Positions 27,162-37,438 are shown, counted from the stretch's first letter. The stretch: 64,000 bases of DNA from Candidatus Aenigmatarchaeota archaeon (GCA_041489155.1 JBGPQP010000001.1:25431-89430), one strand, 5' to 3'. Numbers and translations: made by a program. Notes: generated by a model not told the origin, from the sequence alone.

Positions 27162-28997
27162 CTATAGTTTGAACAGGTTTTTAAAGAAATTCAGTACTCC
27201 GTTTATAGCCGCCGAGAACCAGTTGTCTTCCTTCTTTGAGACCAAGCTGCCGGTTGGGGTTTTTATTTGCTTTTCTTTGGGATTTTCATTTTTATTGTTT
27301 GTAGCATTTTCCTTTTCCAAGGTCTCGTTTGCCTGTTCACTGTCCTGGCCGCCGGTTTTTTGCTGCATTTCTTCTGACGGTTCTTTCACGAGTATGTCCC
27401 GTGTGATATCATGCTCCTTTCCGTCATAGATTATTTTGATACGCAGCTTATACCTGCCGGGCTCGGTATCATTTGAAATTCTGTTATTTAGGGTAACTGT
27501 GGTTGAGTTTCTTGTAGTAACTTCAACTTTATTGGCGTTCCACGTGTTGAGCCATTTCTTTCCGTCAAAACCGAGTGATAGCGGCTTATTGCCATCATAA
27601 ATGTACGAGTATACCGTGAAGTTCTTCTCCTGCGGTGTCTTCAGCAGCAGTTTTATTGCAAGTTCGGCGTTTTTGGCTATTTCATCTGGACACGAAATTA
27701 TTTCGAAATCCTTGGACACTTCATTAGGTTTTTCCGAATTATTGATTTTTTGACAAGGCGGGCAGGCGGAAGAGGAACAGGGTTTCGAGGTTTCAATCGT
27801 CTTTATTTTGCAGAAAGAACCGGAACTTCCTTCTATGTTTATTTGTTTTTCGTTGCTACCGTTAAGGCCTTCAATTTTTATAAAATACGTTCCATTCGGC
27901 AATACACCATCACAATTTGGACTTATCTGCAAAGGCACGGAAATCGTGTAATTCGAGAATTTGGTATATATGTTGAAAGTTGTCTTGCCGGCCTTCCTGC
28001 CTTCGGTATCTTCAATCCGCATTTCAACCGCGTTCTTCGTCGTATCGCCCTTGTAAATATTTATCATGACCTCTATTTCGTCGCCAAACCTCGCCTTCCC
28101 GTCAGAACCAAGTCCAGCATCAATGATGGAGATGCTGGAATCGGAAACCGGCGTGTCGCCTTCAACGACAATGATTTTTTCTGCACGATTGTTCGAAACA
28201 TTGGTGTCATTGCATTTGGCATCGGTTATTATTGCATTTATTTTATATCCTTCTGTTCCTGCCAAGGCGGGCGGAGTCCATGATTTTACAGTGGCCGTGT
28301 TGTTGGTTTTTGTTTTCGGCTTCAGAATATTGTCAAAAAAATCTTCTATCCAGTATTCAACCTCAGCTGCGTTTTCTGTTCCATTTAAATTTTTCACAAC
28401 CAGTCTGAAACTGTTGCCCTTGCCCACCGCAAAAATTTCTTCGCTTTCTATGCTTATTGACATGTCGCACTCACCATCTGTGGCGTTTGTCTGGTTAGCT
28501 GTTTGGTTCGTCTCGCTTACGCAAATATTTGGCAAACCGGGAGTAGAAATATTCTGTCTGACTAGTGTTTTTCCGCAAAGCCCATAAGAAATGTTTTTGG
28601 CAGCATTGAAATATTCGATTCGGCTTGTCTCGTTAGAACCATTAAGAATAGATATGTTGTCAGAGCTGTCTGCAAGCCTCATCCTGCTGTTTTCAAAAAT
28701 CTTTATGTTGGTTGGTTTCCACATGCCTGAGAAAACGCTGGCGTTTTTGGTGATTATTATGAATTCCCCTTGCAGGATTGTGCCATTGAGACGTGTTAAC
28801 GTAGACTCGCCTGTGTCTACACTGATATTTTCTATCACCTCATCTTGATCGCTGGCAAGTTCTATCCACTCTGAGCATTGGGAACAAGTATCGTTGGGAG
28901 CAGGCATAAATTCATTAACAAACAGGGCTTCAGCATCTGAAGGGTATATGAGCAAGATAATAACTAGGCAAAATACAATGCAGCATCTCAAGTCCAT
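27162..28997 (-). CDS. Secreted surface protein with N-terminal lamin-tail-like domain
   Basis: Signal peptide; VNEFMPAP...EWIEL...STPGLPN; many sequons and cysteines; beta-rich; amphipathic C-terminus. Confidence 0.75.
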   Translation of the reverse strand: MDLRCCIVFCLVIILLIYPSDAEALFVNEFMPAPNDTCSQCSEWIELASDQDEVIENISVDTGESTLTRLNGTILQGEFIIITKNASVFSGMWKPTNIKIFENSRMRLADSSDNISILNGSNETSRIEYFNAAKNISYGLCGKTLVRQNISTPGLPNICVSETNQTANQTNATDGECDMSISIESEEIFAVGKGNSFRLVVKNLNGTENAAEVEYWIEDFFDNILKPKTKTNNTATVKSWTPPALAGTEGYKINAIITDAKCNDTNVSNNRAEKIIVVEGDTPVSDSSISIIDAGLGSDGKARFGDEIEVMINIYKGDTTKNAVEMRIEDTEGRKAGKTTFNIYTKFSNYTISVPLQISPNCDGVLPNGTYFIKIEGLNGSNEKQINIEGSSGSFCKIKTIETSKPCSSSACPPCQKINNSEKPNEVSKDFEIISCPDEIAKNAELAIKLLLKTPQEKNFTVYSYIYDGNKPLSLGFDGKKWLNTWNANKVEVTTRNSTTVTLNNRISNDTEPGRYKLRIKIIYDGKEHDITRDILVKEPSEEMQQKTGGQDSEQANETLEKENATNNKNENPKEKQIKTPTGSLVSKKEDNWFSAAINGVLNFFKNLFKL

Positions 28998-29029
28998 GAA
29001 ACTAAAATGAAATATATATTAAAATATCT

Positions 29030-29053
29030 ATGTTTAAACATTTGTTTAAACAT
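29030..29053. repeat. Tandem palindromes TGTTTAAACA x2 upstream of the surface protein gene
   Basis: ATGTTTAAACAT at 29030-29041, then TGTTTAAACAT at 29043-29053. Confidence 0.5.
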
Positions 29054-29060
29054 CGCCGGC

Positions 29061-29597
29061 TCAGAGTTCCCGGCAGTCGTAGCAAATCCATCTGCCATTG
29101 ACGTTTCTAAGATCTTCTGTGAATTCCCCGCATTTCTCGCATATGCCTGAGATGGCCTGATCCGGCCTTGCGACGGCCTCTGCTTTCGCCTTCAATCTCT
29201 CCGAAAGAATTTCGATAAGCTCAGGGGACACTATCAGGACCTCTTTAGTCGAAACTATTCCCTTGAGCTCGTTGTTATAAACTACGGGGAATCTTTTGTA
29301 GCCAGTTTTCAGCATTTTCTTGGCGACTTTCATCAGGCTCTCTTCCGGAGAAACTGTCATGAAAGGTCTTTTAAGGCTCTTCCAGAAATCTCCTGCCCTG
29401 ACTCTTCTCAGATCCTTGTCTTTTGCGACGAGAGTCACTATGTCATTCGTTGTTACTAGACCGTTCGGTTTCTGTCTGTCCACTATAACAACGCAGCCTA
29501 TTTTGTTGTTTGTAAGAATCTTCGCTATCGTCGACATGTTCATTTTTGGATCCACTGTGACAACGTGCTTCTTCATTACGTCTTTTACTCTTATCAT
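29061..29597 (-). CDS. CBS-pair protein with C-terminal zinc ribbon
   Basis: VKDVMKK; KRFPVV; GICEKCG...ICYDC. Confidence 0.9.
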   Translation of the reverse strand: MIRVKDVMKKHVVTVDPKMNMSTIAKILTNNKIGCVVIVDRQKPNGLVTTNDIVTLVAKDKDLRRVRAGDFWKSLKRPFMTVSPEESLMKVAKKMLKTGYKRFPVVYNNELKGIVSTKEVLIVSPELIEILSERLKAKAEAVARPDQAISGICEKCGEFTEDLRNVNGRWICYDCREL

Positions 29598-29669
29598 TTT
29601 ATCCCCAGATTATTATTGTACCAGATGTTTTTAAACCTTCTTCGCTGCAGCTACCAATATCGGTTTTCG

Positions 29670-32402
29670 TTATTTCATTTTTTCTTTTATTTTCGCCTGC
29701 GCGGCAGCGAGTCTCGCTATCGGAACCCTGAAAGGCGAGCAGCTTACATAATCCATGCCGACCTTGTGGCAGAATTCTATGGATTTCGGGTCTCCTCCGT
29801 GTTCTCCGCATATTCCGATTTCCAAGTTTTTTCTGGTTTTCCTCCCGCGCTCAATTCCGATTTTTATCAGCTCGCCTATGCCTTCCTGGTCGATGGACTG
29901 GAAAGGATCTTCGGGCAGTATGCCATTTTTTATATACTCCGGAAGGAAGCTGCCTATGTCGTCTCTTGAGAAACCGAAACCCATCTGGGTCAGATCGTTG
30001 GTTCCGAAGGAGAAGAATTCAGACACCTCTGCAAGCCTGTTCGCGAGTATTGATGCCCTGGGTATCTCTATCATGGTTCCGAACATGTGCCTTATGTTTT
30101 TCAGCTTGTATTTAGCAAGCACTTCCTGATAGACTGTTTTTAATATTTCATACTGGTTTTTCAATTCCTTGACATCCGAAACAACTGGTATCATTATTTC
30201 AGGCCAGGGCTTTTTGCCTTCTTTTATAAGCTCGGCAGCTGCCTCAAATATCGCACGTATCTGGGCTTCTGATATCTCTTTGTACGTTATTCCGAGGCGG
30301 ACGCCACGATGGCCCATCATCGGGTTTGATTCGTGAAGATTCTCTGCTCTCTGTTCCAATTCATCAAGAGAGATGTTCAAGTCATTTGCGAGCTGCCGTA
30401 ATTTTTCACTGTCTTTTGGAACGAATTCATGCAGAGGCGGGTCCAACAAACGTATGACCACCGGGAACCCATGCATCGTCTCAAGAGTTCCCTTGATGTC
30501 CTTTTTCATGTAGGGAAAAAGCTCCTGCAACGCTCTCCTCCTTTCATCTTCTGTTTTTGATACTATCATTTTGCGCAGGATGAACAAAGGCTGTTCAGAG
30601 CCTTTTCCGTAAAACATGTGTTCTGTCCTGAAAAGGCCGATGCCCTCTGCCCCGAATAGCCTTGCCTTCGCTGCGTCTTCCGGCGTGTCGGCATTTGTTC
30701 GGACTCCCAGCTTCCTTACAGAATCGCAAAGCCTGAGGAATTCCTTAAGTTTCTTGTTCTCCTCCATCGCATCTATCATGGGAAGCTGTCCTTCGTATAC
30801 AACGCCTTTTGTACCGTTAACCGTGATCCAGTCTCCTTCCTTTACAAGCTTCCCTTCTGCGTGGATTTCTCTTTTTTCCATGTCGATATGAAGCGCGCCA
30901 GCCCCTACTATGCAGGATTTGCCCCACCCTCTTGCAACGAGCGCGGCATGCGAAGTCATGCCGCCGCGGGCTGTAAGGATGGCATGCGCAGCCCTCATGC
31001 CCTCAACGTCCTCCGGATTTGTCTCCTCCCTTACGAGAATAACTTTCTTGCCCTGTCTGGTCCATTCTACAGCGTCCTTTGCGCTGAACACCACTTGGCC
31101 AGAAGCGCCTCCTGGCCCTGCAGGAAGGCCCTTGGCAATTGGTTTTTTGGCGGCCTCTGCCTTCGGGTCGATCACCGGGTGAAGCAATTCGTCAAGCTGG
31201 CTGGGCGTGACGCGCATTATCGCCTCTTCCCTGCTTATCAATCTTTCCCTGAACATATCGAGTGCCATTGCGATTGCAGCGGGGCCATTCCTTTTGCCGA
31301 CCCTGCACTGCAGCATGTAGAACTTGTCTTTCTCTATCGTGAACTCAATGTCCTGCATGTCTCTGTAATGCCTTTCCAGGCGCTTTTGATATTCAAAAAG
31401 CTCCTTGTAAAGTTTAGGCATTGCTTTTTCAAGCGTGACCAGCGACTTGTTTTGCTCTGATTTAGAATATTCGTTTACCGGAGCAGGCGTTCTTATGCCG
31501 GCGACAACGTCCTCGCCTTGGGCGTTTATCAGGTACTCGCCATAGAATCGGTTATCTCCGTTACCAGGGTTTCTGGTAAAGCCCACGCCAGTCGCCGAAT
31601 CACTTCCCATGTTTCCGAAAACCATGGTCTGGACATTAACTGCAGTCCCCCAGTCGTCCGGTATGTTCTCTATGCGGCGATAAGCGACTGCGCGTTTCCC
31701 GTTCCATGAGGCGAACACCGCTCCTACCCCTCCCCACAACTGCTGGTTGTGATCGTCGGGGAAGTCCTTTTTCAGCACTTCTTTCACCTTTTCCTTGAAA
31801 AGGCTGCAAAGTTTTTTGAGATCGTCCGCTGTAAGATCTGTGTCGCTTTTGTATCCCTTCTGCTTTTTCATGTCGTCCATTATCCTGTCGAGCTGCTTGC
31901 GTATTCCGGCCTCGTCGTTCTTGGGTTCAATTCCTGCTGCCTTCTCCATGACGACATCTGAATACATCATTATCAGCCTTCTGTAGGCGTCATACACGAA
32001 GCGCTCATTGCCGCTGTGTTTCACAAGACCGGGAATGGTTTTATCAGTGAGACCGATGTTAAGCACGGTTTCCATCATGCCTGGCATCGAGCGCCTTGCG
32101 CCGGAACGGACAGAAACAAGAAGCGGGTTGTCAGGATCACCGAATTTTTTGTGCGTGAGGGACTCTATCCTTCTCATCGCCTTTTCAACATTTTCCTTGA
32201 GTCCAGTAGGGTATTTTTTGTTTTTATTATAATAGTACATGCAAACCTCAGTTGTAATGGTGAAACCGGGAGGCACCGGGAGGCGAAGATCTTTATGCCC
32301 CGCCATTTCCGCAAGGTTCGCTCCCTTGCCACCGAGGAGCTCTTTCATTTTTTCATTACCATCCGCCTTTCCCCCGCCGAAAAAGTAAACCATCTTCTTC
32401 AT
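29670..32402 (-). CDS. ppdK: Pyruvate, phosphate dikinase
   Basis: LLGGKGANLAEM; SVRSGA; GGMTSHAA phospho-His motif; FSFGTNDLTQ; GICGEHGGDP. Confidence 0.98.
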   Translation of the reverse strand: MKKMVYFFGGGKADGNEKMKELLGGKGANLAEMAGHKDLRLPVPPGFTITTEVCMYYYNKNKKYPTGLKENVEKAMRRIESLTHKKFGDPDNPLLVSVRSGARRSMPGMMETVLNIGLTDKTIPGLVKHSGNERFVYDAYRRLIMMYSDVVMEKAAGIEPKNDEAGIRKQLDRIMDDMKKQKGYKSDTDLTADDLKKLCSLFKEKVKEVLKKDFPDDHNQQLWGGVGAVFASWNGKRAVAYRRIENIPDDWGTAVNVQTMVFGNMGSDSATGVGFTRNPGNGDNRFYGEYLINAQGEDVVAGIRTPAPVNEYSKSEQNKSLVTLEKAMPKLYKELFEYQKRLERHYRDMQDIEFTIEKDKFYMLQCRVGKRNGPAAIAMALDMFRERLISREEAIMRVTPSQLDELLHPVIDPKAEAAKKPIAKGLPAGPGGASGQVVFSAKDAVEWTRQGKKVILVREETNPEDVEGMRAAHAILTARGGMTSHAALVARGWGKSCIVGAGALHIDMEKREIHAEGKLVKEGDWITVNGTKGVVYEGQLPMIDAMEENKKLKEFLRLCDSVRKLGVRTNADTPEDAAKARLFGAEGIGLFRTEHMFYGKGSEQPLFILRKMIVSKTEDERRRALQELFPYMKKDIKGTLETMHGFPVVIRLLDPPLHEFVPKDSEKLRQLANDLNISLDELEQRAENLHESNPMMGHRGVRLGITYKEISEAQIRAIFEAAAELIKEGKKPWPEIMIPVVSDVKELKNQYEILKTVYQEVLAKYKLKNIRHMFGTMIEIPRASILANRLAEVSEFFSFGTNDLTQMGFGFSRDDIGSFLPEYIKNGILPEDPFQSIDQEGIGELIKIGIERGRKTRKNLEIGICGEHGGDPKSIEFCHKVGMDYVSCSPFRVPIARLAAAQAKIKEKMK

Positions 32403-32514
32403 ATTATCATCCCGCCTTTATCCTTTTTCAATAGTTGTTAAGCATTCCTATAAGGATTAAATCTGTGTCTTTTTATTTTAAAATATATATTAAAGCCGGT
32501 CCAAACTTATATAT

Positions 32515-32994
32515 ATGGGCATGAAAGGGGTGTCACCAGTAATAGCCAGCGTGCTGCTAATCGGCATAACCGTCGCGATCGGCGTCATGCTGTCGTCATG
32601 GTTGACGCACTGGGTCTCCACAAGAACGCAACAGGCGAGCAGCGCGTGCGTGACGAGCACGAATTACAGGATCGATACAGCGATCTTCTCTTCAGTGACC
32701 GATAACGCCACAATAATAATAACCAATCTTGGAAGCGTTGAGCTTTACGGCTTCAGCGTGCAGGTGATGAACAAAACGGATGTTTCGGTTTTCAATTCAA
32801 GCGACTCCAGATTCAGGATAAGCCCGAACATAACACAGACTAGTCCCCTGAAAGAGCAGAGGTCTGCCATAATCATACTGGATATGAATGGAGATTATGA
32901 ATCGAATCTCGGAAGCACAGCGGACTTGATAAAGGTCCTCAACAGCGCATGCCCGACGTCTTCGGCCGAGACTTCGAGCATAATAAAGGAGTGA
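32515..32994 (+). CDS. Archaeal type IV pilin
   Basis: MKG/VSPVIASVLLIGITVAIG class III signal peptide. Confidence 0.88.
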   Translation: MGMKGVSPVIASVLLIGITVAIGVMLSSWLTHWVSTRTQQASSACVTSTNYRIDTAIFSSVTDNATIIITNLGSVELYGFSVQVMNKTDVSVFNSSDSRFRISPNITQTSPLKEQRSAIIILDMNGDYESNLGSTADLIKVLNSACPTSSAETSSIIKE

Positions 32995-32999
32995 TGAAG

Positions 33000-33461
33000 A
33001 TGAGAAAAGGAATATCCCCGCTGATATCAGTTATAATGTTGATAGCTTTTACGATGATAGTCGCCGGTATTCTGGCAGGATGGGCAACGCAGTTCGTTAC
33101 GCAGAGCCGTTCAGAACTGCAATTCTGTTCCAAGGCACAAGTTTTGATACAAAGGGCATACTATAACAACGATTCCAAGACCCTCAGCCTTGCGTTGTTC
33201 AATACAGGTGATGTCCCTCTGCACGGGTTTTCGGTCAGGATAACTTACAACAATGAATCCTTAATGTCGACGAAGTTTGAAACCCTGAACATATCATTCC
33301 AGGAAATAAAAACAATAAACCTGCCTGCAGATGACCTGCTCAATCAACTCGCTGTCGATGACACGATAAAGCAGGTAGTGGTGCAGTCGATGGAATGCAG
33401 GGGCGCGCAGGACCTAGTTGGCAGGTATGATATACAGGGCCTTGGCTTCAAGGCATACTAA
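33000..33461 (+). CDS. Archaeal type IV pilin
   Basis: MRKG/ISPLISVIMLIAFTMIVAG class III signal peptide. Confidence 0.88.
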   Translation: MRKGISPLISVIMLIAFTMIVAGILAGWATQFVTQSRSELQFCSKAQVLIQRAYYNNDSKTLSLALFNTGDVPLHGFSVRITYNNESLMSTKFETLNISFQEIKTINLPADDLLNQLAVDDTIKQVVVQSMECRGAQDLVGRYDIQGLGFKAY

Positions 33462-33508
33462 ACCATAGGAGCAAGCTGTTTTTATTTATTTTAAGCGTAA
33501 TTCTTTCT

Positions 33509-33919
33509 ATGAAGTTCAAGTTTGTTAGCGATCTGACTTCGGACGTTGTTTTCGAGGCGTACGGGAAGGATCTGAAGGAAGTTTTTGAAAACGCAGCCAT
33601 CGCTCTATTCAGCGTGATATGCGATATCAAGAAAGTGAACCCTCTCATGAGAAAGGATGCCGAAGTCCAAGGCAAAGATGCCAAAGATCTTATGTTCAAC
33701 TGGCTCCAGACCCTGATAAGCATGGTCGACATCGAGTGTGCCTTTTTCTCAAAATTCGAAATAAAAAAAATATCCGAAAAACATTTGAAGGCACAGGTCT
33801 ATGGTGAGGATGCCGAACCGAAAAAGGGCCTTACTGTCGTGAAGGCCGTGACCTATTACAAGTTCAACTTGGAAGAAACAAAAAGCGGGTACAAGGTAAC
33901 AGTGGCGCTGGATATATAG
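33509..33919 (+). CDS. Archease
   Basis: TSDVVFEAYG; VKAVTYY; C-terminal LDI; adjacent to rtcB. Confidence 0.93.
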   Translation: MKFKFVSDLTSDVVFEAYGKDLKEVFENAAIALFSVICDIKKVNPLMRKDAEVQGKDAKDLMFNWLQTLISMVDIECAFFSKFEIKKISEKHLKAQVYGEDAEPKKGLTVVKAVTYYKFNLEETKSGYKVTVALDI

Positions 33920-33924
33920 CTTGT

Positions 33925-35331
33925 TTATCCTTTGCATACGCCAACAGGCACCGCTCTTGCAACTTTGAGCGAGATGCCGATGCCGTGCACGCTTTCTATC
34001 ACGTCGTCGACGTTTTTGTAGGCATCAGGCGCTTCCTCAGCTAAGACCATGGGATGGGTTGACTGCGCAATTATGCCCTTCCTAGCAAGGTCTTCCTTGA
34101 CCTTGCCGCCCCAGAACCTCTTTATGGCATCATTCCTCGACATCGCTCTTCCTGCACCGTGCACGGTCGAGCCGAACGCCTTTTCCATCGATTTCTCGGT
34201 TCCCTTGAGCAGATAGCTTGAAGTGCCCATGGTACCGGCAATAAGCACCGGATCGCCGGGAAAGCTCCTTGTCGAGCCTTTACGGTGCACATAAACCTTG
34301 CGCTTCTTTTCCTCGATCTTGTGCTCCTCAACTTTCACGACGTTATGACAGAGGCCGTAAACCGTATGCATATCCATCGCCTCCCAATTCTTATGAAAAA
34401 CTTTTTCAAACGTCTCGCGAATCCACTGGGTCATCACCAAACGGTTTGTAAAGGAATAATTCACGGCGCATTTCATGGCTGAAAAATAATCCAGGCCTTC
34501 CGGCGATTTCGCAGGCGCGCAGGCGAGCTGCCTGTCAGGAAGCCATATCTTGTATTTGTCGACCGCTTCCTCCTGAATTTTTAGGTAATCTGTCGCCACT
34601 TGGTGACCAAGACCGCGCGAACCGCAGTGAAGCATTATCAGTACCTGATCCTGATTTCTAATGCCCCATTTTTTTGCAGTTTCTGCGTCGTAAATATCAG
34701 TGACCCTCTGCACTTCAAGGAAATGGTTTCCTGCACCCAGCGTACCGAGCTGCTGAAGGCCACGCTGCCTTGCAAGAGGCGAAACCTTTTTCGGGTCCCC
34801 GCCGTTCATGCATCCCTTCTCTTCCATGTGTTCCTTGTCATCGGCGATGCCATAACCGTTCTCTATTGCCCAGTTCACGCCGCGCGTCAGGACCTGATCA
34901 AGCTGGTCGCTCGTCAGCTTAAGCGTGCCCTTCGCCCCGACGCCACAGGGTATCTTTTTGAAAAGCGATGATATGAGCTCGTTTAGCTTTGGTTTCAGTT
35001 CGCTGTAAGTCAGATTGGTCCTTATCGAATTGACGCCGCAGTTGATGTCAAAGCCACATAGGCCGGACGATATTATGCCGTCCTCGAAATCAAAAGCGCT
35101 CACCGCTCCCATCGGCAGGCCGTATCCCCAGTGCATGTCCGGCAGGCCGATAACAGGCTCTATCACGCCGGGCAGGCAGGCGACATTCGTAAGCTGTTCT
35201 ACAGCCGCGTTTTCAAGACCATCAATCACCTTTTTGTTGCCTATGATCTTCGCCTTGACGTTCATCCTTGGTCTAACGTTTTTTTCCAGTTCCCATTCGT
35301 AAGGCGAAATCTGCTTCAGTTTTTCTTTCAT
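33925..35331 (-). CDS. rtcB: RNA-splicing ligase RtcB
   Basis: LPDMHWGYGLPMG; GFDINCG; GTLGAGNHFLE; HCGSRGLG; HGAGR; EEAPDAYK. Confidence 0.97.
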   Translation of the reverse strand: MKEKLKQISPYEWELEKNVRPRMNVKAKIIGNKKVIDGLENAAVEQLTNVACLPGVIEPVIGLPDMHWGYGLPMGAVSAFDFEDGIISSGLCGFDINCGVNSIRTNLTYSELKPKLNELISSLFKKIPCGVGAKGTLKLTSDQLDQVLTRGVNWAIENGYGIADDKEHMEEKGCMNGGDPKKVSPLARQRGLQQLGTLGAGNHFLEVQRVTDIYDAETAKKWGIRNQDQVLIMLHCGSRGLGHQVATDYLKIQEEAVDKYKIWLPDRQLACAPAKSPEGLDYFSAMKCAVNYSFTNRLVMTQWIRETFEKVFHKNWEAMDMHTVYGLCHNVVKVEEHKIEEKKRKVYVHRKGSTRSFPGDPVLIAGTMGTSSYLLKGTEKSMEKAFGSTVHGAGRAMSRNDAIKRFWGGKVKEDLARKGIIAQSTHPMVLAEEAPDAYKNVDDVIESVHGIGISLKVARAVPVGVCKG

Positions 35332-35430
35332 CTCTATCCCTCCAAGAACTATCTGTCTATGTTATTAATATTTAAAAATTTTTCTTATATAGGAATAACC
35401 AATATATTATAATTGTTGGCAGGTGAGATG

Positions 35431-35685
35431 ATGTCGAGGAAACAGTTCTACAAAAGGGGTTGGCACCACACGAAGACCAGGGGGAAGGAGACCAATGTAA
35501 CATGCGGTTTTTGCGGAAGAATGGTTCCTAAATACAAAACCTTCGCAGTCTTCAGGGGCTTCTCAATATCAGACCCTTCGCTCAGGAAAGAGCTCGGAGG
35601 GAGAAATTTTTCGCTCTCCTCCACAAAAATTTACGCATGCCCCTCGTGTGCCAGACATAGAAGAATAATAAAAAAGAAAAGATAG
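35431..35685 (+). CDS. rps26e: 30S ribosomal protein eS26-like
   Basis: Basic N-terminus; VTCGFCGRMVPKYK; DPSLRKEL; YACPSCARHRRII; AGGTGA SD upstream. Confidence 0.8.
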   Translation: MSRKQFYKRGWHHTKTRGKETNVTCGFCGRMVPKYKTFAVFRGFSISDPSLRKELGGRNFSLSSTKIYACPSCARHRRIIKKKR

Positions 35686-35697
35686 TGGTGTTTTGTA

Positions 35698-37383
35698 ATG
35701 GGTTTCAGGGGGAAGTTGAGGGAAAAAATAGTCAACATAAGAAAATTCAGCAAAATAGAGTATCCGCATTTGGAAATAAGGGAGCCAAAAAATTTCATCA
35801 TATTCCCTTCTTTCAAGAAGCCTTCTGAGATAGACATAAAATATCCTCTCCTCGAGCCATTTGTTTATGCACACATAAGATGGGAGCCACGCAAAAGGGG
35901 CCTTGTTTACGAGGTGGTAGAACCCTGTCTTTCCAATAACGAAAAAGAGATTCTGGAAACAATAAAGAAGGATCTACTCGAGATAATAGACGTGGAGCTT
36001 TCCGCAGTAAAGGAAGGCGGAAAGGTTCTGAAATATGTACAAGAAAAAATTGAGAAAATACTCGAAGAAGAGAACATGGTTTTGCCCAAGGAAACGTATG
36101 TCAAGATGATGTATTACATCTACAGGGATTTTGTCGGGTTCAACGAGATTGAAGGCCTTCTCCATGACCCTTACATTGAAGACATAGGCTGCCCTGGGCT
36201 GGATATACCTGTTTTTGTGGTGCACAGGAAGTTCGGTTCTGTAGAAACTAACATCGTTTTCACAGACAGCGGTTACTTTAACAATTTCGTTATCAAACTT
36301 GCGGAGCGCAGCGGCAGATATATTTCATATGCAAAACCCCTGCTGGACGGCTCCCTGCCAGATGGTTCAAGGGTGCAGGCAACACTCGCGAAGGATGTCA
36401 CTACCAAAGGACCGACGTTCTCGATAAGAAAATTCAGGGTCGAGCCGTTTTCGCCGATAGACGTGATAAACTTCAATACCGCCTCATCTGAAATAATGGC
36501 ATACCTGTGGCTGATGGTGGAATCGAGGACTTCTACGCTGATATGCGGTGGCGTTTCGACTGGAAAGACTACATTTCTGAACGTAATGGGCATGTTCATA
36601 CCTCCGGAGGACAAGATTGTCTCGATAGAAGACACCCGCGAACTGAACCTACAGCATGAAAACTGGATACCAAGCGTTTCCAGGGTGGGCTTCGGCGTGC
36701 CTGAAATAGGCGGCAAAAGATACGGCGAAGTAACGCTTTTCGAGTTGCTCAAGGAATCCTTCAGGCAGAATCCGGATTATGTTATCGTGGGCGAGGTGAG
36801 GGGAAAGGAAGCTTACGTGATGTTCCAGGGGATGGCAAGCGGGCACCCATCGATGGGGACCATACACGCGGGATCTGTCGAAGACGTCATAAAGCGCCTG
36901 GAAATGCCGCCAATCGAGCTTTCTCCTAGCCTCATAGAGACATTGGACATCGTGGTGGTCATGACACATGCAAAGGAAAGGGGCAAGTCCGCGAGAAGGG
37001 TAAAGGAAATCGATGAAATAGAATCCATAGACCCTAAAACAGGGACTGCCCATAACATAAAGATTTTTTCCTGGAACCCGTCCTCAGATACCTACTCCAC
37101 AAATCTTGACGAATCCTATCTGACGAAAAAGATGGCCTTCGAGAAGGGCATAACCTATGAGGAAATGATGAAGGAAATGAGGAAACGCGAGAAAATACTT
37201 GAATGGATGAGAAAATTCGGGGTGACGAATTTCGACGATGTGGCAAAAATGATCAATCTCTATTGCAAGGAGCCTTCCATAGTGATGGAATGGGTTGAAA
37301 AAGGAGTCCCGCCCTACAAGACAAAGGCCAAGGAAGCGAGTAAAATACTACAATCCTTCAGCGGCCTGAGGGTAATCGAGTGA
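35698..37383 (+). CDS. Type IV pilus/type II secretion ATPase (FlaI/PilB-like)
   Basis: LPDGSRV; GGVSTGKTT; SIEDTRE; SFRQNPDYVIVGEVRG; SGHPSMGTIHA. Confidence 0.95.
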   Translation: MGFRGKLREKIVNIRKFSKIEYPHLEIREPKNFIIFPSFKKPSEIDIKYPLLEPFVYAHIRWEPRKRGLVYEVVEPCLSNNEKEILETIKKDLLEIIDVELSAVKEGGKVLKYVQEKIEKILEEENMVLPKETYVKMMYYIYRDFVGFNEIEGLLHDPYIEDIGCPGLDIPVFVVHRKFGSVETNIVFTDSGYFNNFVIKLAERSGRYISYAKPLLDGSLPDGSRVQATLAKDVTTKGPTFSIRKFRVEPFSPIDVINFNTASSEIMAYLWLMVESRTSTLICGGVSTGKTTFLNVMGMFIPPEDKIVSIEDTRELNLQHENWIPSVSRVGFGVPEIGGKRYGEVTLFELLKESFRQNPDYVIVGEVRGKEAYVMFQGMASGHPSMGTIHAGSVEDVIKRLEMPPIELSPSLIETLDIVVVMTHAKERGKSARRVKEIDEIESIDPKTGTAHNIKIFSWNPSSDTYSTNLDESYLTKKMAFEKGITYEEMMKEMRKREKILEWMRKFGVTNFDDVAKMINLYCKEPSIVMEWVEKGVPPYKTKAKEASKILQSFSGLRVIE

Positions 37384-37438
37384 AGTTTAAACATAGACTT
37401 TTATAACTATTCCTCAATCTTTATTCAGGGGTTTTAAT

